From the NCBI GenBank assembly GCA_043819075.1, contig JBDRFE010000060.1, positions 780-64,779 of the forward strand: 64,000 nucleotides of DNA, written 5' to 3'. A program made the translations under genes and the position numbers. The notes beneath the pieces were generated by a model, which saw only the letters and a program-made list of their open reading frames with translations, was not told the DNA's origin and made no database searches. The DNA comes from an archaeon. Lineage in GTDB: Archaea; Iainarchaeota; Iainarchaeia; Iainarchaeales; 1-14-0-10-31-34. Of the stretch, positions 28,839-39,152 are shown one piece after another (position 1 is the stretch's first letter; every line of letters starts with the position of its first letter).

Positions 28839-30011
28839 GTGAATAAAGTAATTGTTGACCAGAAAAAGTTTCTTTCAATGTTCTCCAAAAAAGATAGAAA
28901 AAATTCAAGAAAGTATTTTAAAGCAGTTAATTTATTTAATAAAATTAAAAACAAATCTGAAATTGCAGAAATTATCGAACAACCAGGAAGAACTGTAAAT
29001 AATTGGTTAAATAAAGAAAAAACTCCTTCTGCCATAAGGGCCATTAATCAGTTAAAGGCAAATAATCTTCTCCCTTTAATAAATGATGAAACTTCAGACT
29101 CTTTTAATTTGTTTGTTGACGTTTTTGCTTTTGTTTTTGGTGATGGTTCAATAAAAAAAGATTTTTCAGGAATTGATTTGTTTGGGCAGGAAAAAGATTT
29201 GATTTTATTAAAAGATAAACTTGACAGAGTTTTTAGTTTTAATAGTAAAATAACTTTAAGTCAAACGCCTGGAAAAATAACAAAGAAAAATAACGGTGTT
29301 GCTTATACAAAGATTGTTAATGGATCTTGTTATAGATTAAGCATTAATTCCGTACAACTTTCCAAACTTTTGTATTTAGCAGGTGCGCCAAAGGGAGACA
29401 AAGTTGCTCAAAAAGTTTTAATTCCCTTTTGGCTTATGAGTTCTTCAAAAGAAACAAAAATGAGATTTTTAAGTGTTTTATTTGGAAACGAATTACAATG
29501 CCCTCAACTCAGAGCAAAAAATGCTTTTACGTCTTCACAATTCGGTTTGCATAAAATTGAAAGCAAGAAAAAGGAGTTGAAAACTTTCCTTGATCAGATA
29601 AAAATATTGCTTAATGAATTTGGAATTTCAACTTCTTCCATAGCTTTTGAAAAATGTAGGACAATAAGAAAAGACGGCAATCTTTCAATGAAACTTTATT
29701 TTCATATTGATTCTCATAGCCCAAATGTCTTGCGTTTGTTTAAAGAAATTCCATTTAAATACGCAGAAGAAAAACAAGAGAGATTTAGAACTGCTGTTAA
29801 GAAATTCTTAAAAAAATCTAGTTATTTGAATAATGAATGGATTTTATATGAAAAAGTAATGAAAATGCATTCTGAAGGTTTGGGAAGAAGAAAAATATTT
29901 AAAAAACTTGAATTGCCTAAAAAATATTTTTATAAAATAAATTCGTGGATTCATTATGGGCACAAACCATTGTATTTTGATGAAAAAAAGCATTTCTTTT
30001 TTACTTGTTAA
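28839..30011 (+). CDS. HTH-LAGLIDADG homing-endonuclease paralog (second motif degenerate)
   Basis: FVDVFAFVFGDGSI (motif 1) and MRFLSVLFGNE (motif 2, E for D); N-terminal HTH; GTG start, possibly ATG at 28878. Confidence 0.6.
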   Translation: MNKVIVDQKKFLSMFSKKDRKNSRKYFKAVNLFNKIKNKSEIAEIIEQPGRTVNNWLNKEKTPSAIRAINQLKANNLLPLINDETSDSFNLFVDVFAFVFGDGSIKKDFSGIDLFGQEKDLILLKDKLDRVFSFNSKITLSQTPGKITKKNNGVAYTKIVNGSCYRLSINSVQLSKLLYLAGAPKGDKVAQKVLIPFWLMSSSKETKMRFLSVLFGNELQCPQLRAKNAFTSSQFGLHKIESKKKELKTFLDQIKILLNEFGISTSSIAFEKCRTIRKDGNLSMKLYFHIDSHSPNVLRLFKEIPFKYAEEKQERFRTAVKKFLKKSSYLNNEWILYEKVMKMHSEGLGRRKIFKKLELPKKYFYKINSWIHYGHKPLYFDEKKHFFFTC

Positions 30012-30044
30012 AAATTTGAAAAGGCGCAAAAGGAATGTTTTAGT

Positions 30045-31082
30045 TCAGAATTTGTGTTCTTCTAGCTTAATTCCTTTTCCTTTAATTGTTTCGCCCAAGA
30101 TTACTGCCTGGGTATTAAACTTGTTTTTGAGTTCTGAAACAATTTTCTCTGAATCTTTTTCTGAAACAACTAACACCAATCCAATCCCCATATTGAATGC
30201 CCTGAACATTTCTTTTTCTTCAACGTTTCCTTTTTCTTTTAAAAACCTGAAAATGAACTGAACCTTAATTCTTTTAATGAAAATTTTTGCTCCAATTCCT
30301 TCTGGAAAAATTCTCGGAAGATTGTCAATCAGCCCTCCGCCGGTAATGTGTGCAATTCCTTTTAATTCAAATTTTTCTTTTAAGTAATTGACTTCATTTA
30401 AATAACTTTTATGTATTTTCAGCAGTTCTTTTCCTAAAGTAGAGTTTGTTTCAACAAAGTGCTCGTTTAAGCTTAACTGTTTTTCCTGAATTATTTTTCT
30501 TGCAAGAGAGTAACCGTTTGTATGCAATCCGTTTGAAGGCAGTCCAATCAATACATCGTTTTCTTTTATTTTTTTGCCTGTAATTAATTTGTTTTTTTCT
30601 GCCACCCCAATAATTGTTCCTGCGACGTCTACCTCGTTTTCCTTGTATGTTCCAGGCATTTCAGCGGTTTCCCCTGCAATTAATGCAATTTTTTGTTGTT
30701 TGCAGGCAATGCTCATTCCTTCAACTATTTTTTCAATTATTTCTGGTTCAAGTTTTGCTGAAGCAATATAGTCAAGGAATGCAATTGGTTCCGCGCCATG
30801 GCATAAAATGTCGTTAACTGAATGGTTCACTAAATCCTGGCCGATTGTAGTCCATTCATTTAATTGTTTTGCAATCATTATTTTTGTGCCGACTCCGTCA
30901 ATGCTTGCAAGCAATACAGGGTTATTCATTTTCTTTATTTTTTTTAAGTCAATTGCCCCTGCAAACAGCCCTGCGTCAAGCATTACGCTTTCATTGAATG
31001 TTGCTTTAACATGTTTTTTTATTCTTGCAACAGCCTGGTTTCCTTTGTCAATGTTTACTCCTGCATCAGAATAATTTGTCAT
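30045..31082 (-). CDS. purM: phosphoribosylformylglycinamidine cyclo-ligase (AIR synthetase)
   Basis: ASIDGVGTKIMIA and DILCHGAEPIAFLDY motifs; start at ATG 31082. Confidence 0.85.
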   Translation of the reverse strand: MTNYSDAGVNIDKGNQAVARIKKHVKATFNESVMLDAGLFAGAIDLKKIKKMNNPVLLASIDGVGTKIMIAKQLNEWTTIGQDLVNHSVNDILCHGAEPIAFLDYIASAKLEPEIIEKIVEGMSIACKQQKIALIAGETAEMPGTYKENEVDVAGTIIGVAEKNKLITGKKIKENDVLIGLPSNGLHTNGYSLARKIIQEKQLSLNEHFVETNSTLGKELLKIHKSYLNEVNYLKEKFELKGIAHITGGGLIDNLPRIFPEGIGAKIFIKRIKVQFIFRFLKEKGNVEEKEMFRAFNMGIGLVLVVSEKDSEKIVSELKNKFNTQAVILGETIKGKGIKLEEHKF

Positions 31083-31090
31083 TTTTTCAC

Positions 31091-31762
31091 TCAAAGAATT
31101 TTTGTTTCGGTTTTTGTCCCGATAATTACGGTGCAAGGCCTTGTAAAAACGCCGTTTGCTTTTACTCCAATAATTGAATCAAGTTGTTTTTCAAGTTTTT
31201 TTGCGTTCTCTATTGGAGTATGCAATTGCATTGAAATAATATAGTTTTTGTTTTCTGTTTCCAAGGGCATGCATTTGTTTGAAACCTGGACTATTTCTGC
31301 TTCAAATGAATCGCTTAAATGCTTTAATATCTTGAAAGTCATTGCAGGCTCGACTTCAATTAAAATTTCTCCGGTTAATTGCTTTAATAATTTGCTTTCA
31401 TCAGCTATTACAATAAATTTTTCTGCTTTGTAGTCAATTTTTTTTTCTTTCAGGAAAGCATACATTGAATTTCCTTTTAGGAGTTCTTTTTTCCTGTTAA
31501 TCTGGTCTGCGCCGTCAACTGCAATGTCTATTCTGTCAACTGAATCAAATCCTGCTACTTTCAATCCTGAGTCAATTGCAAGGCCGGCTGTTTTGTTTGA
31601 AGTTGCAACACAGATTAAATTCATGTTTTCTTTTTTGTTTTTTTCTGCAAGCTTTTTTACAAAAATTTCTGCGGTGCTGCCGCTTCCCAATCCTATTATC
31701 ATTCCTTTTTCAATTAATTCAACTGCTTTTATTGCAGCGTTTTCCTTCATTTTTTCTTTCAT
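31091..31762 (-). CDS. rpiA: ribose-5-phosphate isomerase A
   Basis: IIGLGSGSTA and DGADQI motifs. Confidence 0.8.
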   Translation of the reverse strand: MKEKMKENAAIKAVELIEKGMIIGLGSGSTAEIFVKKLAEKNKKENMNLICVATSNKTAGLAIDSGLKVAGFDSVDRIDIAVDGADQINRKKELLKGNSMYAFLKEKKIDYKAEKFIVIADESKLLKQLTGEILIEVEPAMTFKILKHLSDSFEAEIVQVSNKCMPLETENKNYIISMQLHTPIENAKKLEKQLDSIIGVKANGVFTRPCTVIIGTKTETKIL

Positions 31763-31799
31763 TTAAACCACATCTGATTATTTTGTGTGTGCAAAGATT

Positions 31800-32711
31800 T
31801 TAATTTGGTTCCAGTGCAAGCAATCCTGCTCCAATCATGCCTGCTTTTTCCCTGAATCTTGCTTTAAGCACTTTAGTGTTTTTTGCCGGTTTCAGGGCTC
31901 TTTTCTTCATTTCTTTTACTGCTTCATTAAAAATAATTTTTGAGTTGCTTAATCCTCCTCCTAAAATTATTGCATCAGGGTTAAACGAGTTTGCAATGTT
32001 TGCTAAGCCGATTCCTAAAAGCATTCCTGTTTCTTTTAGTACTGAAATAGCAAGCTTGTCTTTTTTTTGTGCGGCTTCATCAATTTTTTTCGGCGTTAAA
32101 GGCCACATTTTTTTCAGGATTGAAGGACATGCCTCCATTTTTCTTTCTGTGAGCCTCATTAAAGCTTTTATTCCGGCGTATTCTTCCAGGCAGCCTGTGT
32201 TGCCGCACTGGCATTTTGGCCCGAAAAAGTTTATTGTAGTGTGGCCTATTTCGGTTAAATTATTTTTTCCTGAAAAAATTTTTTTATTGATTATTATTCC
32301 AGAGCCTATTCCTGTCCCGGCTGTTAAGCCTACTATAACACTGAATTTTTTCCCTGCTCCGATTTTTGCTTCAGCTAAAGCCATTAATTTTGCGTCATTC
32401 TGTAAAACAATTTTTTTCCTGATTTTTTTTTTTAGTGCTTCCACTATTTTTGTGTTATTCATTTTCGGTATGTTCGGGCTTTCAATTATTATGCCTTTTT
32501 TTTCGTCAACGCTTCCTGCAAAGCCTATTCCAATGGATTTGATTTCTTTTGAGTCAAGTTTTGAAATAATTCTTTCAATAGAAGAAATAATGCTGTTTTT
32601 TCCGGAAGAAGGGTTTGTTTCAATGTTTATTTGCTTGAATATTTTTCCTTTGCTGTCAACAATTCCTGCTTTAATTTGTGTTCCGCCGACATCAATGCCT
32701 ATTGCTTTCAT
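31800..32711 (-). CDS. ROK-family sugar kinase (glucokinase-like)
   Basis: IGIDVGGT N-terminus; zinc motif CQCGNTGCLE. Confidence 0.75.
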   Translation of the reverse strand: MKAIGIDVGGTQIKAGIVDSKGKIFKQINIETNPSSGKNSIISSIERIISKLDSKEIKSIGIGFAGSVDEKKGIIIESPNIPKMNNTKIVEALKKKIRKKIVLQNDAKLMALAEAKIGAGKKFSVIVGLTAGTGIGSGIIINKKIFSGKNNLTEIGHTTINFFGPKCQCGNTGCLEEYAGIKALMRLTERKMEACPSILKKMWPLTPKKIDEAAQKKDKLAISVLKETGMLLGIGLANIANSFNPDAIILGGGLSNSKIIFNEAVKEMKKRALKPAKNTKVLKARFREKAGMIGAGLLALEPN

Positions 32712-33691
32712 TTCAATACCTTTTTTAGTTTTGTTATTACCGGCACAGGAGATGGATTAACTTTGTTTAATATTGCAAGGTAGTATGAAGTGAAATCCCC
32801 TGAATAAATCAGGTAAAACAGCTGGCAGAAAAGGCTTTTTCCTTTTGAGGTGAGTTCAATGGTTTTGTTTTTTCCCGAAAAAACTTTTTTTGTGAATTCA
32901 ATTCTTTTATTCATCTGGGTGCTTTCATTTCTTGTTTTCAGGAAAACAAAGATTCCTTTGCTGTAATCCATGTTTATTTCGTTGTGATTCATTTCAGGCA
33001 AAACGTTTGCATGGCAGAAGGCTTTTGAGTTCTCGTTGATTTGTGTCATCCACCTTAGAGAGGAAACTTCAACTGATTTAGCTGAATAAACAAAAACTGT
33101 TTTCCTGAACATTTTTTTTGCTGTTTCAAGAGCGGTTTTTTTTATTCCTGTTTTTTCTTTTTCTGCTAATGCAATGAATTCTTTTATTTCTTTTTCTTTT
33201 GATTTTATCAGGCCCAGTTTCTGGAATGCAAAAATTAGCGGGATAACTAAAAAAGCTGTGGCTGCTCTTGGAGGGTATCCTTCAGGAATTTTGATGAAAT
33301 GACTGCATGTTTTCTTGAATTGTTTTCCAGAACTTATTCCAAGAATAAATGCTTTTTTTTGTTTTGCTTTTTTTGCCCCTGTAAGGGTTTCTTCTGTTGT
33401 TCCTGAATAGCTTATTGCAATAAACAGTGTTTTTTCTGAAACAAATTTAGGTATTTCATAGCCGTTGCTCGTCTGAATCGGGATTTTTAATTCGTTTTCA
33501 AGCAGGTTGGCAAGTATTTTTCCTGTTATTCCTGAGCCGCCCATTCCCTGCACCACAATGTTTGCAAATTCTTTTTTTTCAAGGCGGATTTTTTTCCCTA
33601 TTTCCATTGCTTCTTTTATCTGTTCAGGAAAGTTTTCAAGGAGTGAAAAATAATTTTCTGAATCAATTTTTTTCATTTCATTTAATTCCAT
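32708..33691 (-). CDS. bifunctional phosphoglucose/phosphomannose isomerase (SIS domain)
   Basis: VVQGMGGSGITG SIS motif; about 330 aa as in archaeal PGI/PMI. Confidence 0.75.
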   Translation of the reverse strand: MELNEMKKIDSENYFSLLENFPEQIKEAMEIGKKIRLEKKEFANIVVQGMGGSGITGKILANLLENELKIPIQTSNGYEIPKFVSEKTLFIAISYSGTTEETLTGAKKAKQKKAFILGISSGKQFKKTCSHFIKIPEGYPPRAATAFLVIPLIFAFQKLGLIKSKEKEIKEFIALAEKEKTGIKKTALETAKKMFRKTVFVYSAKSVEVSSLRWMTQINENSKAFCHANVLPEMNHNEINMDYSKGIFVFLKTRNESTQMNKRIEFTKKVFSGKNKTIELTSKGKSLFCQLFYLIYSGDFTSYYLAILNKVNPSPVPVITKLKKVLK

Positions 33692-33713
33692 TCTTTCACC
33701 TATTTAATTCTTT

Positions 33714-35606
33714 TTATTCTATTCCCTTCTTTTTGAGTTCTTCTTTCAGGATCCTGCTTATTTCTTTTCCTGAAATTCTGCCTTTCAGCTGAATCATTGC
33801 GTTTCCCATTAAGGCAGAGAAAACGTTTGCTCCCGGGGTATTAATTATTGCAGTGTTTTTTGCAATTATTTCTTTTATTGTTTTCCTTGTTTTTTCTTCT
33901 GAAAGCCTTTCTTCTTGCAGTTCATTTATTATTTTTTCCAATGGAAGCTCTTTTTCTTTTGCCCAAAAGTCAAGGGCCTTGAGTTTGTTGTCTTCAAGGA
34001 GTTTTCCTTCTTTAGCTGAAAAAAGAACTGATTCAATCATTTCATCTGAAATGTTTTCTGTTTGTGTTCCCTGTCTTTTTAATGTTGTGATTCCTTCAAG
34101 CAATAAAACTGCTGTTGCTGTTGCGTTAAATCCTTTTTCAACTAATTGCTCAAAAAATCTTGCGTGATTGTTTAACTTCATTTTTTCTGCAAGCTGTTCT
34201 GAGATTTTGTATTTGTTGATGTATTTTATTTTTCTTTGCTCTGGAGTCAGCGGCAGGCTTTGCTTTAGTTCATCTAATTGTTTTCTGCTGATTTTTTTTA
34301 TTGGAATGTCTGTTTCAGGGTACATTCTTGACGCGCCAGGCAATGGCCTTGAATATTCAGTGTTACCGTCTTCCAAGGCGTTTCTTGTTTCTTCTGGAAC
34401 GCCTTCAAGTGCTGTAATGCATCTGTCAATTACAGTGTTTAATGCCTGCTGTGATTTTTTTTCTTCAGCTGAAACCAATACAAAAGAATCTTGTTCTCCG
34501 GCTTGGAGTTTTTCTTTTGTTTTTTTGACTTCTTCTTCACTGATTCCGTATTTTGGAAGTTCGTCTGAATGAAAAATTCCTTTTAATCCTGTTATTGCAT
34601 TAACATAGTTTGCCAGTTCTGTGCCGAATCTTCTTCCTTCCTGAAGTTCTTTTCCAATTAATGAAGCGAACTTTGGTATTTTTATGCCAAAAACTTTTTT
34701 TCCTTTAATTGTATTGCAGTCAGTGTTTTCAAACACTTCAGCCAAATCAACCGCCTTGTTCTTATACATAATTAATTCTTGTTTTTCACAGCCTCTTGTT
34801 TTCAATTCCTGTTTTAATTCAATTAATCCTAACTGCCTTTCTGTTTCTCTTTCAACAAACAAGCCTATTTTTTCCAGCTCTTGCACTCCTTTTATTTCAA
34901 TTCTTGCCCCTTTTTCTATTGAAATATTTATGTCCTGCCTTATTGTTCCTAAGCCTCTTTTTGTTTTCCCTGTTCTTCTCAATAACTCCCCTATTTTTAG
35001 CGCGGTTTCTTTTGCTTCTTCTGGTGAAAAAATTTCTGGTTTTGTTGTTAATTCAATTAACGGAATTCCCAGCCTGTCTAAAGAGTAAATTATTTCTTTT
35101 TCTTTTTTTTCAATTAGTTTTGCTGAATCCTCTTCTAATGCAATTGTTTCAATTCCTATTTCTTTTTTTTCCAGTTTTATTTTTCCGCCTAATGCAATCA
35201 TTGCTGTTCTCTGGAAGCCTGCTGTATTGCTTCCGTCTATTACTGTTTTTCTCATTACATGAATTTCGTCCACTGCATTTGATTCAGCCATTAAAGCAAT
35301 TTCTAAAACCGTTTTTAATGCGTTTTCATCCATTTCTTTTGGCGGCTCTTCGTCTGCTTCAATTAAGCAGTTTGATTCATTAAAGTATTTGTATGAGTAA
35401 ACGAATTTTCTTTTGAATATTTCTATTGAAGCAGGGTCAAATTTTCCGAGCTCTGATGCAACAGGCCTTAATTTTCTTTTGAATTCACTGTCTTCTTTTT
35501 TTTCCTGTATTATTGAAGGGCACCTGCAGAACAGCTTTCCAGTGTCTAACTGCTGGTGTATTTCTAATCCAACTTTCAGTCCAACTGCCTTAAAATCGTG
35601 TTTCAT
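33714..35606 (-). CDS. gatE: Glu-tRNA(Gln) amidotransferase subunit E
   Basis: GLEIHQQLDTGKLFCRCPS N-terminus; about 630 aa. Confidence 0.9.
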   Translation of the reverse strand: MKHDFKAVGLKVGLEIHQQLDTGKLFCRCPSIIQEKKEDSEFKRKLRPVASELGKFDPASIEIFKRKFVYSYKYFNESNCLIEADEEPPKEMDENALKTVLEIALMAESNAVDEIHVMRKTVIDGSNTAGFQRTAMIALGGKIKLEKKEIGIETIALEEDSAKLIEKKEKEIIYSLDRLGIPLIELTTKPEIFSPEEAKETALKIGELLRRTGKTKRGLGTIRQDINISIEKGARIEIKGVQELEKIGLFVERETERQLGLIELKQELKTRGCEKQELIMYKNKAVDLAEVFENTDCNTIKGKKVFGIKIPKFASLIGKELQEGRRFGTELANYVNAITGLKGIFHSDELPKYGISEEEVKKTKEKLQAGEQDSFVLVSAEEKKSQQALNTVIDRCITALEGVPEETRNALEDGNTEYSRPLPGASRMYPETDIPIKKISRKQLDELKQSLPLTPEQRKIKYINKYKISEQLAEKMKLNNHARFFEQLVEKGFNATATAVLLLEGITTLKRQGTQTENISDEMIESVLFSAKEGKLLEDNKLKALDFWAKEKELPLEKIINELQEERLSEEKTRKTIKEIIAKNTAIINTPGANVFSALMGNAMIQLKGRISGKEISRILKEELKKKGIE

Positions 35607-35672
35607 GCAAAAACCTTTAATAAAAGAATAAATAAATACTTTAAAGAGTATTTGGTTTTATTGGATGATTGC

Positions 35673-36737
35673 ATGGCTAAACTGATTAAAACGCCTTTAA
35701 GCAAGCCTGGCTTGTCTCCCGGAACACTTGTTTTCACCGGAAAAAAGAAAACAGAACAAGTTAAAATCCAGTTAATGGATTACAGTGAAACAAAGTTTGA
35801 GGAAAGAGAATTAAAGAATGTAGAGGAAATTTTTCCTTTCAGAAACACTCCGACTGTTACCTGGATTAATGTAATCGGAATTCATGACACAGAAGTAATT
35901 GAAAAAATCGGAAAGCATTTTGAATCACATCCCTTGATTTTAGAGGACATTCTTAACACAGAGCAGAGGCCCAAGCTGGAAGACTTTGAATCTTATTTGT
36001 TTTTAGTCCTTAAAATGATTTTTTATAACGGCAAAAACAGCGAGATGACAATAGAGCAGGTTAGCCTTATTTTAGGCCAAACTTTTGTTATTTCTTTTCA
36101 GGAAAAAGAAGGAGATGTATTTGATGTTGTAAGGGACAGGATAAGGAATTCCAAGGGAAAAATAAGGAAAATGGGGCCTGATTACCTTGCATATGCTTTG
36201 GTTGACGCTGTAGTTGACAGTTATTTTCTTATTCTTGAAAGAATCGGCGAGCAGATTGAATTATTGGAAGAAAAAGTAATGGTTAATCCTTCTAGAAAAG
36301 AATTAAACACAATTTACAGGCTCAAGCATGACCTGATTTTTTTGAGAAAATCTGTCTGGCCTTTAAGGGAAGTAATTAACAGCATGCAGAGAGGGGAATC
36401 CAAGTTAATCAAGAAAACAACTTCATTGTTTTTAAGAGATGTTTATGACCACACAATTCAAGTAATTGATACAGTTGAAACTGACAGGGACATGGTTTCA
36501 GGTTTGCTGGAAATTTATCTTTCAAGCATCAGCAACCGCATGAACGAGGTAATGAAAGTTTTAACTGTTATTGCAACAATTTTTATTCCATTGACTTTTA
36601 TTGTAGGAGTTTATGGAATGAATTTTAAGTTCATGCCTGAACTTGAAATGCAATGGGCTTATCCTTTGTTGTGGGTTTTAATGCTTTCAATTGCATTGCT
36701 TATGTTCTTTTTTTTCAGAAAAAAAGGCTGGGTTTAA
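35673..36737 (+). CDS. corA: CorA Mg2+/Co2+ transporter
   Basis: YGMNF (GMN) motif plus two C-terminal TM helices; the GTG start at 35598 lies inside gatE and is rejected. Confidence 0.8.
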   Translation: MAKLIKTPLSKPGLSPGTLVFTGKKKTEQVKIQLMDYSETKFEERELKNVEEIFPFRNTPTVTWINVIGIHDTEVIEKIGKHFESHPLILEDILNTEQRPKLEDFESYLFLVLKMIFYNGKNSEMTIEQVSLILGQTFVISFQEKEGDVFDVVRDRIRNSKGKIRKMGPDYLAYALVDAVVDSYFLILERIGEQIELLEEKVMVNPSRKELNTIYRLKHDLIFLRKSVWPLREVINSMQRGESKLIKKTTSLFLRDVYDHTIQVIDTVETDRDMVSGLLEIYLSSISNRMNEVMKVLTVIATIFIPLTFIVGVYGMNFKFMPELEMQWAYPLLWVLMLSIALLMFFFFRKKGWV

Positions 36738-36744
36738 TTTTTTT

Positions 36745-37800
36745 TTATTTCTGCAGGTAAACTGTATGGGTTGGGAATGGAATTCCAATCTTATTCTTGT
36801 TTAATGCATTATAGATTTCTTTTGTTAACTGCCTTTCAGTTGGCCAAACTTCAGTGTAGTCATCGCACCAGAATTTTGCGCTGAAATTTAGCGAGAAATC
36901 CGCCATTAAAAGAAAGTCAACTGCTGGTTCCCTGTCTTTGTGTTTTGAAACTTTTTCATTTTTTTTCATTGCATCTAATACAACTTTTTGCACTTTTTCT
37001 ATGTCGCTTCCATACACTACGCTGAATTTTATTTCTCCCCTGCCAAAAGAATTTGGTTGGGCGTAATTAATTATTTTGCTGTTAGCCATTTTGGAGTTTG
37101 GAATAATTATTATTTCATTTGAGTAAGTCCTTATTCTCGTGCTTCTTATGTCTATTTCATTTACTATTCCTACTTCACCTGATTCAAGCTTTATTTTGTC
37201 GCCTATTTTGATTGACTTGTCTAAAATCAGGGAAATTCCGCCAAAAACATTTGAAACTGTTTCTTGTGCGGCAAAAGCTAATGCTAATCCTCCTATTCCA
37301 AGCCCTGCCAGCAAAGCAGTTACATCAAATCCCACTGAATCTAAAACCATTATTGTTGCAATAATTGCAATTATTGCTTTGCTTGCTTTTGAAATCAATG
37401 GAATCATCTGGTCGTCAAAAGAAGATTTTGTTTTTTGTGCTAAAGGGATGAGCAGTTTGTCTCTGATTGCATTAACAAACCTTAACGCAGTCCATGCAAG
37501 GACAACAATTACTGCAACTTTCAGCAGTGCATTGATTATTCCGTCGCCTATTTTCAGGAACTGGAATGCAATAAACACTCCGACTAAAATAATTATTGCA
37601 ACAACTGGTTCTTCTATTATGTCAATTAAAATGTCATCCAAGTCTGTTTTTGTTTTTGCTGTAATTTTTCTTCCGACTGTCTTGAACAAATAGTAAACTA
37701 TTTTTCCGATGAAGAATGCGCCGATAATTATCCCTAATGCAATCAGGATATTCAATAAACTTATTTCAAAAAAAGTCCATCCTAAAAATTCATAAGCCAT
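36745..37800 (-). CDS. MscS-family mechanosensitive channel
   Basis: N-terminal TM helices plus MscS beta-domain-like region. Confidence 0.7.
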   Translation of the reverse strand: MAYEFLGWTFFEISLLNILIALGIIIGAFFIGKIVYYLFKTVGRKITAKTKTDLDDILIDIIEEPVVAIIILVGVFIAFQFLKIGDGIINALLKVAVIVVLAWTALRFVNAIRDKLLIPLAQKTKSSFDDQMIPLISKASKAIIAIIATIMVLDSVGFDVTALLAGLGIGGLALAFAAQETVSNVFGGISLILDKSIKIGDKIKLESGEVGIVNEIDIRSTRIRTYSNEIIIIPNSKMANSKIINYAQPNSFGRGEIKFSVVYGSDIEKVQKVVLDAMKKNEKVSKHKDREPAVDFLLMADFSLNFSAKFWCDDYTEVWPTERQLTKEIYNALNKNKIGIPFPTHTVYLQK

Positions 37801-37892
37801 TTTTTTTTACCTTTTATTATAAATTATTTGGTTACCTTTAAATAGTTTTCTTTCGCTATTTTCTCGTAATAACTTTCTTGGAGGGAATATTA

Positions 37893-38573
37893 ATGAAAAA
37901 ATTTTTGATTTTAGTTGTTTTGATTTCTGTGGTCATTTATTTTGCCGGATGCACTCAAGAAACAAAAGACGAAGAGCCAGGGGCAGCAGATAACAAGGAA
38001 ACAAAAGATGAAAAAAAGGATGAATTAGACAAAGGAGAAATAGAAGTATTCAATTGCGGCGAAGATTCTGATTGCTTTGACGAAAAGCTTAAAGCATGCG
38101 AGCCTGCAACATTTGAAGCAGGTTTTGGCCCGGAAGCCATGTTTTTGTTCACAGTTAAAGGATTTGAAGGAGAAAACTGTCTGATAAATACTTTGGTAAC
38201 AGTAAATCCTGACCAAAAATTTCAGGGCACTTTCTATGACTGTCTGGTTCCGAAAGAATCACTTGGCTATAAAGAATACAGTGATTGGGTTGCATTAAAT
38301 TTGATGGATTCCTGTACTGGCACATTTATTGATACAATGAATCATACAATGAATTGCCCTACAACCAGCATGGTTCCAGGGATTGCAGTGACAAGAAATG
38401 ATGTAACAGTTAAAGTAACTGAAATTGGCTCCAATGATGAAATTACTGTTGAAGTTTATGGAGTAACAGAAACAATTGCTCATTTAGAAACAAAAACAGT
38501 TAACGGAGTAAAAATAAAGAACATTGCAATAGAAAATGGAATGGCAGAAATGGAAATAAACTGTGGCAATTAG
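37893..38573 (+). CDS. Cys-rich secreted lipoprotein
   Basis: Signal peptide plus AGC lipobox; GGAGGGA RBS-like upstream. Confidence 0.4.
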   Translation: MKKFLILVVLISVVIYFAGCTQETKDEEPGAADNKETKDEKKDELDKGEIEVFNCGEDSDCFDEKLKACEPATFEAGFGPEAMFLFTVKGFEGENCLINTLVTVNPDQKFQGTFYDCLVPKESLGYKEYSDWVALNLMDSCTGTFIDTMNHTMNCPTTSMVPGIAVTRNDVTVKVTEIGSNDEITVEVYGVTETIAHLETKTVNGVKIKNIAIENGMAEMEINCGN

Positions 38574-38648
38574 TTTAACTAAAACCACTGCTTTAATGCA
38601 GTGGTTCGATTTCTTTTTTTTTGGTTTTTAAAGATTAACTAAACTTTT

Positions 38649-39116
38649 TCATCCGACGTTTATCTGCACTTTCTTGCTTACGTCAAAACTTTTTTCTATG
38701 TCTAATTTTGCCTCCACAAACCACTGGATTCTGGATGAACTTCCGGATAAAAACTGAATTGTTTTAATTGCTGTTCCTGCTGCTCCTTCAGGCAAACTTC
38801 CTCCTGCTTCAAGAATTCCAGCAGGAATTGCTATTTCAAAAGGATATTCCCCTTGAGTGTATTCTTTTTCTCCATCCAAAGGCATTTCAAATCTGTGCAC
38901 AAAAACTTTTTTCGTTTTTTTTGTATTGTCTCTTGTTGAGCCAAAAGACACCGAGCTGCTTGAAGTTGTTTTTTCCCCTGCAAACAATACCCTTAATTCT
39001 TTTGCTTTAGTCGGCTTGTTCATTTTCACTGAAACTTTTCCTTTAATTGTTTCCCCTTGCTTGAAATTATATTTTTCTAAAACCAGTTCAATTTTTCCTT
39101 TTCCAAAACCAAACAT
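38649..39116 (-). CDS. Spo0M-like (arrestin-N-fold) protein
   Basis: Resemblance to the Spo0M family N-terminus (KIELVLEKYNFKQGETIKGKVSV). Confidence 0.35.
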   Translation of the reverse strand: MFGFGKGKIELVLEKYNFKQGETIKGKVSVKMNKPTKAKELRVLFAGEKTTSSSSVSFGSTRDNTKKTKKVFVHRFEMPLDGEKEYTQGEYPFEIAIPAGILEAGGSLPEGAAGTAIKTIQFLSGSSSRIQWFVEAKLDIEKSFDVSKKVQINVG

Positions 39117-39152
39117 AAAATCAACTCCTTCAAATTAATGTTTTTTTTCTAT

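Noticed and set aside
35598-35672. GTG-initiated N-terminal extension of CorA
   Set aside because: It overlaps the start of gatE on the opposite strand; the ATG at 35673 gives a typical CorA length.
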